Origin: Marsupella aquatica
Lineage: Eukaryota; Plantae; Marchantiophyta
Direction: 5' to 3'
Assembly: GCA_973895155.1 (NCBI GenBank)
Contig: OZ316896.1
Coordinates: 18,278,754 to 18,342,753, forward strand
Length of the DNA stretch: 64,000 nucleotides
The position numbers and the translations under genes were made by a program. Shown here piece by piece: positions 25,973-37,600 of the stretch; positions within the stretch are counted from its first letter, which is position 1, and every line of letters begins with the position of its first letter. The notes under the pieces were generated by a model that had not been told where the DNA came from, ran no database searches, and was given only the letters and a program-made list of their open reading frames with translations.

Positions 25973-27516
25973 ACATGCGATTGATTGCTCGAGAAGTGAG
26001 AAGAAAACTTTCTTTCGAGGCATACATCAGATTCTCCCTATGGGACCGGCCCTCCTTGCACAGTGCAACGCACTGGCATAGGGCTCGTCATACATAACTT
26101 ACCATACTCATTTCTATCCATACCCCTTTTTCAATGCACATATGTTATTTTTCACTATTAAAATCATGACAAAAACATGCATGATTATCATTTGACATAC
26201 ATCATAGTAATGAGTTTTCCCATCTGCATGATGAGCCATGAAGTTACAATTTAGAAGCTTCACTCTAGAAGCATAGGCCACAACTCTAGCATGTAATTGG
26301 CGCTTAATAAGTAAGATTAACCAGCACCTTTATTTTGCTTAACTCTCACTTTTTAGGGTGTCAGGAGGAAAATGCTCTATGAGTCCTGACGTCAACTCTT
26401 ATTATGGTCCATCCAAGACATCCACTTCAACATCTACAAGTTATATGCTTGATGAGCCCTCTACGGAAACTTTCTTACCTGATGGGCCCCTAGGTAACTA
26501 CTGATATAATGGTTTTATAAACTCAACTAAAGTCTTCACTTTACAATTACAGAAACTATAAACAACATCAACTTCAACATCTGTTGCTGGGTGCAAGCAA
26601 AACAAATGCCTCAAGCCAGGATAAGATGGGATATGCCAGCCCATAGTTGGATGCAGAGCACCGGTCTGGATGCTTAAACCTGGTCCATCTAGGTTACAAG
26701 GTTCATAAGGAGTGTTCCATCCAAGCATTACTTTCCACTCGCAGAGCCTCTTCTTTTGTGGATTTGAAGAATTAGATTTTCTTACTCATGTCAGTTGTTA
26801 GAGTGAGTTTTACTACGTCAGAAATGTGATCTTCCTGTAAACCTTTATTAATGATTGTAAGTTTTGACAAAATGTAAGAGACTCTTTCACTGCAATAGAA
26901 GTTTGTTCTCTTGGGGCCTAAATGTTTTACAAAATGGCCGATGGATGGCAGAAAAACCGTTCTCTACTCAGATAGTACTTTTCCTTACTAAAAACCTCCA
27001 TATTTTTTTCTAGTCCATCCTGGCTGCAAGGTTCATAGTAGTGGTCCATCCGAGCATGACTGCCTCTTGAATAGCACATCTAAATTTTTGAAAAATCTAA
27101 GAAAAACCCTTTTCTCTGGGACATACAGTAGAACGGTCGCGATCTTCTGGCCGAAGATCGCGAGGCCTGAAAGAAGCCTGAAATCACTGAGATGAACGGG
27201 ATGACGAGTTTCCGACCCGGGAAGACGACGGTGACGCTGCCGGTACAGTACGGGGGACTAACGGCGAGCTCCATGACGGAAGAAGGAGGTACGACCGGAT
27301 GACTACTGGAGTATCAGCCGCCGGGAAGGATTGAAGATTCCGGCGAGTGGGGATTCGTGCCGTTCGGTTGGATCGGGTCCGGCCTTTTGTTTCGCCGGTT
27401 GCTGAAAAGCCCTCTTTGAGGAGGGTTCTCTAATCTCTACTCCCGGTCGCTACTGCTCTCTGTTTGTGTCTGTGTTTCGCCGAAACTCTCGACGTCTAGA
27501 GCATTGCCGAAGGCTT

Positions 27517-28132
27517 TGCGAGGTTTGCGTACGAGTGCGTCATTCTGCCTCCTTTCCTCGACTCTTCGATTGTCTTCGGTTGTCTGAGCACCCACCATCG
27601 CCAGGAGCAAGGCAAGTGCTCGATTCGGAGCAGGCAGCGAAACGCTTTTGCTCGAGAGATTGATGACGTTGTCGCATACCAGTGCGGAGTCACTCGAGGT
27701 GCTTGCCGGTGTTCGGCGGTGATCTTTTGCTGGGCTTGGCTTTGGCATTGCTGTTCTGGTCTGTGCTGTGCTGTGCCTTGCGGTGCTTTTGCGGTGCATT
27801 GCTTTGCTGTATGCAGGCAGGCAGGAAGGCACAGGACGGAGGGTGGCACGCTTGGCTTGATGCGATCGAAAAGGGTGCGACCGAGGAGAGCCGAGAGTGA
27901 GTGGAGAGGTGGAGCACAAGAGGACGACGCTCTTGGGGTGGGGAGGACAGACGGACAGATAGACAGAGGAAAAGGAGGAGGAGGAGATCGAAAATTGCCG
28001 TGCTGTTGTGGTGTGGAGTAGGGAAGCAAGGAAAGCGCTCGAGCAAGAGGAGCAAGAGGAGCAAGAGGAGGAGAGACAGGGAAACGAGGAATACAGTGGG
28101 GAGGAGAGTGTCCGGCATTTCAGGGAGTTGAG
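27517..28132 (+). repeat. Copy B of the ~600-bp inverted repeat; upstream/5'-leader region of ORP3
   Basis: Reverse complement aligns collinearly with 23937-24521 and ends about 68 bp before the ORP3 ATG. Confidence 0.92.
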
Positions 28133-28199
28133 TTGCACAGCAGCAAAATTTTCGGAGTTGTGGGGTTGCGCTTTTCTTGTCCATCGACTGGCAGTAGCT

Positions 28200-31100
28200 A
28201 TGACTACCGAAAAGCCGTCGGCGGGGGGAGGGTTCTTCTCGTCGATATGGAACTTCGGCAGTTCGGTAGGGAGTAAAGTCAACAGGTGAGTCAAGCAAGC
28301 AGGCAGGGTTTTATTTACGCTCTATCTGTCTATCTAGTTTGAATGTCCATCCGTCTCTTCGTATATTCAGTATGTGATTTTATGCATTTGTTCCCTTGGC
28401 GCCGCTCTGTAAATTTTTCTCTGCGCCGATCTTAAGTTTCTGGACGAGATTCATCCCTGCGACTATGTGGAATTCGTTTTGTGGGCTTCCGATGCATGTT
28501 TGGACATCTGAGTTTTCTTTCGCGTCTCATCGTCCGAAATTCATGTCCCGCCTGGTCCCTTGATCGCAAGAGGCTTCAAAGGAATTTTTACAAAAGCTGT
28601 GAAGTGTGTCGAAGCTTTTCGTGGAGCTGTACTGTACAGCGTGAAGCACTGCTCGTACGGAACTCAAAAATTAGTCTGCCGCGGGCTCGTGGGATAGCTT
28701 GTTTCTGCGGCTCGTTCTTGTGCTTTACGATTAACGACTGAGTTCGGCCGTCCAGCTCGAATTTGTGTTTTTGTAATTTTAGGAGCAATCTAGTGTTTCT
28801 AGGTGGTGTATGTTGATGATACTGAATACCTTAGGTGGACGTGCCACCAGATTTAGCCTGGTGGAGTGGTTCTGCTCGGTATATTTGGTGAATTCTCATC
28901 TTAGTGCATTTGTTAACACTCTCGAGATCATCAAGTACTCGTTCGAATTGGCTGCGGTTAGCTAATACTGGACTTGTCGTGTGTAAAACGCAGTCTCATT
29001 GGCAGAGAGGGTTTGGAAGTGATCAACCCCGAAGGCAGTCACGATGATGCAGAAGCAGAGGCTGCCAAGGGTAGATTCAAGGACGAGGTTAGTTTTGTGT
29101 CACGGTTGCAATGAAGCTGAGCCACCTTTGTGGTCTTGGAAGAATTCTGCGTAAGGTAGACCACAGGAATATTGCGGAGGCTCTAGCTGCCCTGTTTGAT
29201 AGTCAGGCGAAAGATCTTGGTTTGTGTGCGAGAGATTGTGTGCCCAAGATATGTGAAGAAGTTGATCTGTCTTGTTGTATTTACGGTTTCTCACTCATAT
29301 TTTCATGTGGAATCCAGGATCGGGAAGGATACTGGCAGATGATGCATAAGTACATTGGCTCAGATGTCCAATCGCTGGTCACTCTTCCGGTTTTTATTTC
29401 TGAGCCAATGTCAAACGTCCAAAAAATGGCTGAGGTGAGCAATTTGCATCTTTCCGTCCTTATCAAAGTCAAGCAGGCACCAAACTCCTCACACGAATGG
29501 ATCGAGATCCGTTGTCAATATAACTGGATAATCCCTCCTTATGAGTTTTTGCACTCGGGGATTGCAATTGGTTGGGGTACAATCGAGGGAAAAGAATCAG
29601 CCAATCATACAAATGTGGATCTGAACAATTGTCTGTGTGCTTGGCTGCAGTTGATGGAGTACTCTTATCTTCTTGACCTTGCGGATGACTGCCAAGATCC
29701 AAGCCTAAAGTTGGTGTATGCAGGTGGGACAGCTTTCATGGCATGTCTAACTCTTTCTCTTATTCGTTTCAGGTTCGGATTTTATCATCATTGATTGATA
29801 GCAGAGAAATCATGCCTTTTCCATAGCATTGTCACCCAAATTTAGTATAATTCCCTCATTGGACTACGGGAGTAAACGCGTGCTCTCGACATTTCAATAA
29901 TTAACTCCTTAACGCTCTCATTGTGGATATTTCCAGCATCATGGGCCATTTCGGTATACTACGCATTGCAACGGACATGGAAACCGTTCAACCCTATTCT
30001 TGGAGAGACTTATGAGATGGTTAACCACAATGGCATCACATGGCTTTCGGAACAGGTAAACTCTTTTCATCAGTCACCATCATTTAAGTGTGAGTAAGGT
30101 CTATGTCTCCTTTTCGAAACCGAGTAGGGCCGGCCGGGCTTTGGAGAGCTGCTATGTCATGTTACAGTTGTGAGAGCTGAAGTGTTGTGGATCTTAAAAT
30201 AACGGCATTTAGCTTCGTTTGAACAATTGAGTAAAGCATACCTGCAATGATCAGAAAGTTGAACTAGTTCCTGGGCAATCTCGGGTATGCCCTTTTGTCC
30301 TCTAATAAATGTTGAGGTGACATATATGGGCTTGTGAGGAGAATTGTCTCATCTTGAAGTTATGTTTTGTGTACAGGTCAGTCACCACCCGCCCATTGGC
30401 TCAGCTCATGCAGAAAATGAGCATTTCACCTATGATTTGACGTCAAAGCTGAAGACAAAGTTTCTAGGAAACTCTCTGGACATTTATCCTGTTGGAAGGT
30501 GAGGTCCGAATCCTTTGTTTTAGCATCTTCTCAAGCTTTCATTCCGTGATGCCATATTATTCATGGTACTGACTGGTTTTTCTTTGCCGTCCTTGTACAG
30601 GACACGTGTTGTACTGAAGAGGACTGGGGAGGTATTAGACTTGGTTCCACCCCCCTCCAAAGTGCATAACTTGATTTTTGGACGAACATGGGTAGACTCA
30701 CCTGGTGAAATGATCCTTTCAAACATTACAACAGGAGATAAGGCAGTCTTGTATTTCCAACCTTGTGGTTGGTTTGGGTATGTTATCAATTTTGGCGCTA
30801 TTTGAGATTTCGATGCACGCATTGAGATTCTTGGGTCACTTGAATCGTTTGATCGTTTGATGGCGTTATTGTTAATGTAGGTGCTATGTCAATGCTTCAA
30901 CAAGATTTTTTGAAGTATTTTGTTGGTGTTGTACTGTCTGACGTTCTCATCAGGGCTGCACTTCCCACGATCATTATTATGTTTATCCTTTGTAAAGTTT
31001 CTGAAGAAAGGTTGAACTGAAAGCATCACTTCTAGGTATTGAAGATTCTAAGTTTTGTGTTCGCAGTGCTGGCCGTTATGAAGTTGATGGCTACATCTAC

Positions 31101-32136
31101 AACAAGGATGAAGAACCGAAGATGCTAATGACTGGGAAGTGGAATACATCCTTGAGTTATCAGCCTTGTGACAACGAGGGAGAGCCTTTGCCAAATACTG
31201 AACTTAAAGAGGTTTGTAAGGACATGTGTTCAACCGTCGGTGTTGAATGTTTCTTACTCATAGCCGCCTTTGCTTAACCCGGTGTCTGGTCCTGTTTTAA
31301 ATATTCCTCCTTGTCCAGCTTGTATTGTTTCTATACACGGACAAGCGTTTCATATACATTTTATGAGGTGTCTGCCTGTGTGCTCTACGATCCAAGTGAT
31401 GTTGTTCATCACTCTAGTTGGATTGTTCATCACTCTAGTTGGATTACGGTTGATTGGCGTGTCCTTGATTAGTTGAGTTTATCAAATGCTCTGTTCAAAT
31501 GATGGTGAATATCAAATGAAGATATGGGTTCTCGCAGATGAGAACTCATGTTTTGGGATGGGTGCCGTCCCTTGATACAGGTTTGGAAGGTTGCAGAAGC
31601 TCCAAAACAGGACAAGTATCAATATACTTATTTTGCTCATAAGATCAACAGCTTTGAGACAGCCCCTAAGAAGTTATTGCCATCAGACTCTAGGTTACGC
31701 CCTGATCGTCTTGCTCTTGAGAAAGGTGATATGGGCAAAGCTGGTGCGGAAAAGTCCAGGTATGTGTTCTGTACAACTTAAGTAGGCTTTGATGTGCCTT
31801 TTTTATATTGATCGTAGAGGCAACAGGTTAGCCAATATTTCCTTGCGTTCTGTAACAGTAGATGAACTGATCAAGTATTGTAAACACAGGCTGGAGGAGC
31901 ATCAGAGAGAAGAGAAAAGGCAGAGAGAAGCAGAGAACGCTGATTTCGAGCCAAGGTGGTTCAGACTGTCAGGGGATATTGCGAAGACACCTTGGGATGA
32001 CCACCTAGAGATTTATGAGTTCACTGGGAAATACAAAGAAAGGAGTGCAGCAATCGATACTAATGCGGATCTGGAAAGTGTTGATCAAGAAGGCATTGTC
32101 TTTAATCCGTGGCAGTTTGGTCCTAAGGAAGAATGA
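28200..32136 (+). CDS. ORP3: Oxysterol-binding protein-related protein, ORP3 type (multi-exon)
   Basis: MTTEK...FFSSI; GLEVINPEG; [18 protein letters not shown]; [13 protein letters not shown]; the OSBP signature EQVSHHPP split by the intron at about 30056-30376; [15 protein letters not shown]; C-terminal FNPWQF. Confidence 0.95.
31402..31443. repeat. 21-bp tandem duplication in an ORP3 intron
   Basis: ttgttcatcactctagttgga x2. Confidence 0.85.
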
Positions 32137-33694
32137 AGGTCCCAGTCTAGAAGGTAACGTTCAGAATCATTCTGTAGCAAGTACTTCTCACCCTGCTACA
32201 GCTTCTACGTTGAAAGGGAGCCTTTATCCTATTTTGGGGTTCTTCCAACGGCAGAGTTGGATCTCCTTCTTCATTCTTTTGTCAATATCCCAATTAATTG
32301 TGAGATCATTTGGCACCAGCGCAGACAGCATATCCCTGCGCATGACATGCGTCGGGGATGCACTTTCGAAAAGAACGCCAGCCTTGTGTTATACTTGTGA
32401 AAAGTGCTTATTGAGTAAGAAGGTTATCAATCCGTTCTTACCGTGCTCTCTGTGGCAATTAAATTATGGACTCTTCTGATCAAAAGCTCTCTAGCACGGG
32501 CCGTTTTCTGAGTGTGAGGGACGCCAAGTTGGATACCAAGAGTGGTATCTTGTGGGTTGTTTTCATTCAACCTTCTTGGAAACTCATTTACCCAGAGATC
32601 CACAGAGGCGTCAGACATGTATCCCTGTAGTTGGAGGTATAGTTTCTTACCGTTTGCTCAGCTGAACTTCAGTAGTTGAGGTCAGTGTCCCTCAAGTCTT
32701 GGACGTATATAGGTGACGAGCCAGCAGCACCCACACCTGAAAATAGACGCGTAGCTAGATCCGTTCTTGTTCCATGTCCGCGTTGGGAGGTTATAACTCC
32801 TCCTCTCAGCAACAGAAAGTGTAGTTGCGATGGGTGTTGATTTGAGCGATCATTGCTGCAATTCTATGACACTTTCATGGAAGATAGTGCTCATAGGCCC
32901 TTTGGGCATCATGTGAAATTTTAAAAGTTTTGAGTCCAACATCCAAATTGTGATGGGTTAGACTCGAGGTACTTCAAGTCTCTGTGTAGTCTGTTTATCA
33001 ATGCGTGACCTGTTGCGGGACTTTTGAACGCAGCCCTCTTCTGTACTCATTGCTTTAAAAGTTGTTTTAATCGTACTCTGGTTGGATCTGTTTTTGCACA
33101 ATTGTATCCTTCAGATTTGGTAGCTGTTGGTGGATATGGTTGTTTCCAAGCATAGTGGAGGTTCTCGTATAACCTGTTGTAGATCTCAACCACAATACAG
33201 GTAAAACATAGTAGACTTTAAAACGGAAGGTGCGCCAGTCTGTATAATTCTCCTGTAATGACTAGAAGGGGATGTAGTCCGGGTAGGATCAATATCAAAT
33301 GGGACGTCGTGGATGTTGGGAATTGGTTGTGGTTATAGCCCGGTTTTCGAACCTAGAATTGTCTGGGTAGCCATTTTTAGCAGTTCTGCTAGAGACAATT
33401 CACCTTACCGTAGTACACATCTTGAAACGATAGTGAGGATTGGATGCCAAGTCAGCTTGCAGGACACGAAATCAAACCCTGTTGAGATGTCGGTGGCCCT
33501 CACATCCGAGACGTTTATTTCACCCATTTATTGCCCTGACGACATTACTCTTGATCCTAGCAAAGGAAAGTCGAGCTCTGTTCAAAGATAGAGCGATTTT
33601 GGGGAATAGTAATCGGGATCTTGTGATGGTTCAACAGTTTATTGAAGCAGATGACCAACTGTTATAAAAAATGTAGTGTTTTGTTTAGGTCTGA

Positions 33695-33749
33695 CTGTTG
33701 TATCTCAACGAAAGGGTGACATCTACTATTGTATCTCAACGAAAGGGTG
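33695..33749. repeat. 31-bp-period tandem duplication
   Basis: ttgtatctcaacgaaagggtg occurs twice. Confidence 0.8.
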
Positions 33750-34649
33750 TATCTTCGGTGATGTATTCTCACCGTGTGGGCTCCGATTTGACTTTCAGCT
33801 TTGAGGTTTCCAAGTGCCATATGGCCCAAGCGAGTGCGAGCTCTCAACTGACAGCAAAGCCCTTCGACACCACATACGATACGTATTGATTTTATTAACA
33901 TCCATAATGAGAGGTGGTCTCTCCAGAAATATAGGATAGAATGAACTTCATGAGACGATTTGTCTTCGTTAGCAATTGAATATCAACCTCGTTTGCTCTT
34001 AAACTGGCAAGGAATCACTGCACACGTCATTCTTTCCGACGTTCTATCAAACTTTTGCTCATGTGCCAGTCAGCACAGACGTCTACTCGACCTTTAACCA
34101 AATTGGTGCTCATACAGACTCGAGACGAATACAACTGTTCGCAATCTCTTACCAAATCTGGGTTTCTACATAAGTTGGGGACACAGGATCTGGCACGTAG
34201 CTTTGGTCACAGAGATTTCTAACCTCTTGCACGCACCACATAATTCAGTATATGTGTATCAATGGTGAGGTGAAGTTTCTAGTAATCTGTGCATTTCATA
34301 ACAAATATTTTCAGACAACGGTGACTTCCAAATAGTTCCCTTAATTGTCTCTACAGCAGATACCAAAGATGAAGTGGAGATACTTTAAGACAATCCATGT
34401 ACTAAACCCGTGGTGATGGATATCCCACCACTGTGAAATGGTAATAGTTCTGATTGACCAGGAAAACTTTGGACAGGTGACTGATAGATTAATAAATACA
34501 GGGCTTGCTCACACACTATGGGCCCGCGGAATACCCATACCGCCCAAAGAATAGGGAAACAAATTATAAGCACATCCCCCGGTGAAAAACTTCCAGCCCT
34601 ACGACTGTTGTTAGGGGGGCCAGATCCGGAGGATTTTATATCCTAAACC

Positions 34650-37600
34650 TCATTTTCGATCCCAAAGTTGATATTCTGCTCCCTTGTCCAGGAATCGTTC
34701 CCATTTTCCAATGAGATTATTTTCCTTGGCAGGATTCCAGTCAAACTTGCCCAGTTTCACAATGAGATCGTCCCCTACTTGTGCAACATACCCATCAAAG
34801 TTGGCATGAAATATTTTAATTGGACTTCGGCAACCCACCCCTGTGCGCTGTCTTGCAGCAATCAACTCTGCGATCTGATCATGCAGACCAAAATCATAGA
34901 AGTGATCATAGAAGATCACAGGCTGCAAAATACAAGACGGTAAAACAGCAGCTTAGATACGTTATTCAATAAGTGATGTGAATCTGAAGAACTTTATCAC
35001 ATTCCGATCTTCTACCGTAACTATGGATGACTATTTTTAACTTCATCTGGATCGACAACGATGGTTGATAGATTACACTCAAGAGGCTTGATAAGGCCAA
35101 TTACCAAATCATCGGTAAGTTCAGACTTTGAACATACTTACCGTGCCAGGATGTGTCAAGACGTAAGCATAGCCTTGCATCAGCTTGTCCCGGGGAAATG
35201 GCCAGTGGCCCTGTGCCATGAGACAACAGGTTATCAGCACATCCCTTCGAGTATATCAGACATCCCGTATTTAACCTGAAATTCAAACCTTGATAATTGT
35301 CTGTAGCCAAGCTGCAACTCTGAAGCGAACTACTCAGCTTAGCTCAAAGAGCTCCAATCGCACTATGGTACCTTTGAACCAAAAAATTGAGGCAAAATCT
35401 CTGATTTCTGATTGATGCTGCTGCTCCTGTGAGGTTCAGGAAAGTAACAGATGGTGTATGAAGTGAGGGCCCCACTTGTTCTCTACAAGAATTAAGCGCA
35501 AAGATGCAAAACAAGACAGGAAAATACCTGCGTCGACCCAGTATCATGATTTTCCAAGAATGTAACTGCTCGTGATGGCCACCATCCCATAACACCAGGT
35601 GGTTTTCCTTGAGGGTCAATCAGTCTCCAGTATTCATTGTGAAGAGCTGAGTGCAAGATTCCCTTGCAAGTCACAGAGGTTCCTACCGAGTCAGTTCAGT
35701 TATCATCTATATATGTTAAACCATACTAATGGCAAATATTAAAGCATCCCATGAGCTAAATTCTCGTTGCAAAGACTACCACACCTGGAAAATCATAAAT
35801 TCACTCGAGTGTTCTGGCTACCTTTGTGGTTACATCAAAGGCCGATGACGTGCCTCCAGTGGCATTTATCCAGTTGATTATTCGCTGCCGATGGGCATCT
35901 GTTGCAAGTGGATCAATCCTTTTTGTAAATTGCAGGGTGGATTCAATGACCGAGATTATGCAGTATGAATCCCGTTTGACTTTCTGTTCTGCTTTTTGAA
36001 TCCTGTTTGACTTCGGGATCCACTAGCGCTGAACATTCTAATTCTGCACTATAACAGCCTCAGGAATCACGGCAAAAAGATCCTTACCTTGGTTATAGCA
36101 CACCTGACCACCCTCATAAGTCAAGCTGTCCCAGTACTCCCCAATTGAGAAAACTGGATTGGTTGCTTCTATGTACTCTTTGACATAACCACCCCAGAAA
36201 CCCCTAATCAAGGCAAACGTTTCTTCAGTGCCTCGTAAAAATATGCCTCTCGTACAATAAAGGAGGGACGATCTCTGAAATAATCCAAGATCTATTCCTA
36301 CCACTACAGCTCAGATAAGCACGAACATATAGCTGACAAATGTATATCAAGCTAGCCCAGAACAGGAAATAGCCCAAAGCTTACTTGACAAAATCAAGGC
36401 GCCATCCATCGAAGCCTATCTCTGTTCGTAACCATTTCATCCACCCTATTATATCTTTCCGAACAAAGTCCTGAGAATGATCGATGTTTGGAGCAGGGTG
36501 GAAGAAGTCCCCTGCAAGTAGATTTAATAATTAGTTAATAAATGCTTTTAATGCATAGAGATCTCTTGCCTACAGACATGTTTGATATATATTACTCAGA
36601 TCATTACTGAAAGCGCTATTTTCTGATAAAAAGTACAGTGATCATTATACACGTTATAAAATACATCTCGAGTCCTTGGCCAACCGCAATGTGTTCTCTA
36701 GTTATTAAAGTACCGCTGTTACATCTCTGACATTTCCACATCCAGCTCCAACAAGTTCATATTTCAAACGCAGGCCCAGACGTCTCACTCCATGCAAGCT
36801 TTGTGGAGATGGCTGAGCAGTCCATCCACTGACCTGAAAAGAGAGAATACATATAGATCGCAACTACTACTACGACAAAAAGAAACGCGCCCTGCGGGGG
36901 GTGGGTGAAGCGGGGGGGGGAGGGGGGGGGGGGGGGGGTGTATGAGGGTCAACATTGGTCGTTTGGATGCAGAGAATATCTGTCATTGACTGACACTATG
37001 CTGGGCATTTTGATCCAGTGCAATGGCTAGAATAACCACAGTTTTACAAGGTTCATTACAGGCTAGGCATCAAAGTAAGTCCCTGCAATTACCTTCAGAA
37101 CAACTAAATCCTTAAATAAATCAGCCTACATCAATATCCACATCCAGATATACCCATATGTAAGAATTGCAAGGGGAGCAAAGAGGTACCACTAGAAGGG
37201 TTGCCTCGGCCGTGGAAATTTGGATCATCCTTCACGATAGCCTCTGGGCCCCACGCAAGTTTCCCACCAAAAACATTCCAAATACCATTTGCACTCTGCA
37301 GTGTGTGGTCAAGAGAAAACGTTCAAATTAGAAATGACTTGGAATTGAATTTGATATCATCCCACGAATAGGCAAGCTATCCGAAAAATGTGATTATCCC
37401 TTAGTGTAGTTGTGCACCTGTTTCTGGGCACAACGATGATTTAGAACAGCGTCTCCTAAAACCTGCAAAGTTTAGCGCGCATGTCAGAAACCAAAGCTGC
37501 AAATAGAGCGTGATTGAATAGTGCATCTAATAGATCCCCCCAAAGAATCCTAAAACCATTACTGCAATCCTAGACAAACAGATAAGTTGAAAATCATGGT

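Noticed and set aside
27437-28298. Long minus-strand ORFs (285, 202 and 177 aa) and their counterparts at 23927-24564
   Set aside because: They are antisense readings of the low-complexity GA-rich leader. Indels between the two repeat copies break the frames, so the ORFs are not conserved as protein.
36910-36938. Poly-G tract (also 55960-55979) as a G-quadruplex element
   Set aside because: Simple homopolymer runs with uncertain length in assemblies and no evidence of function.
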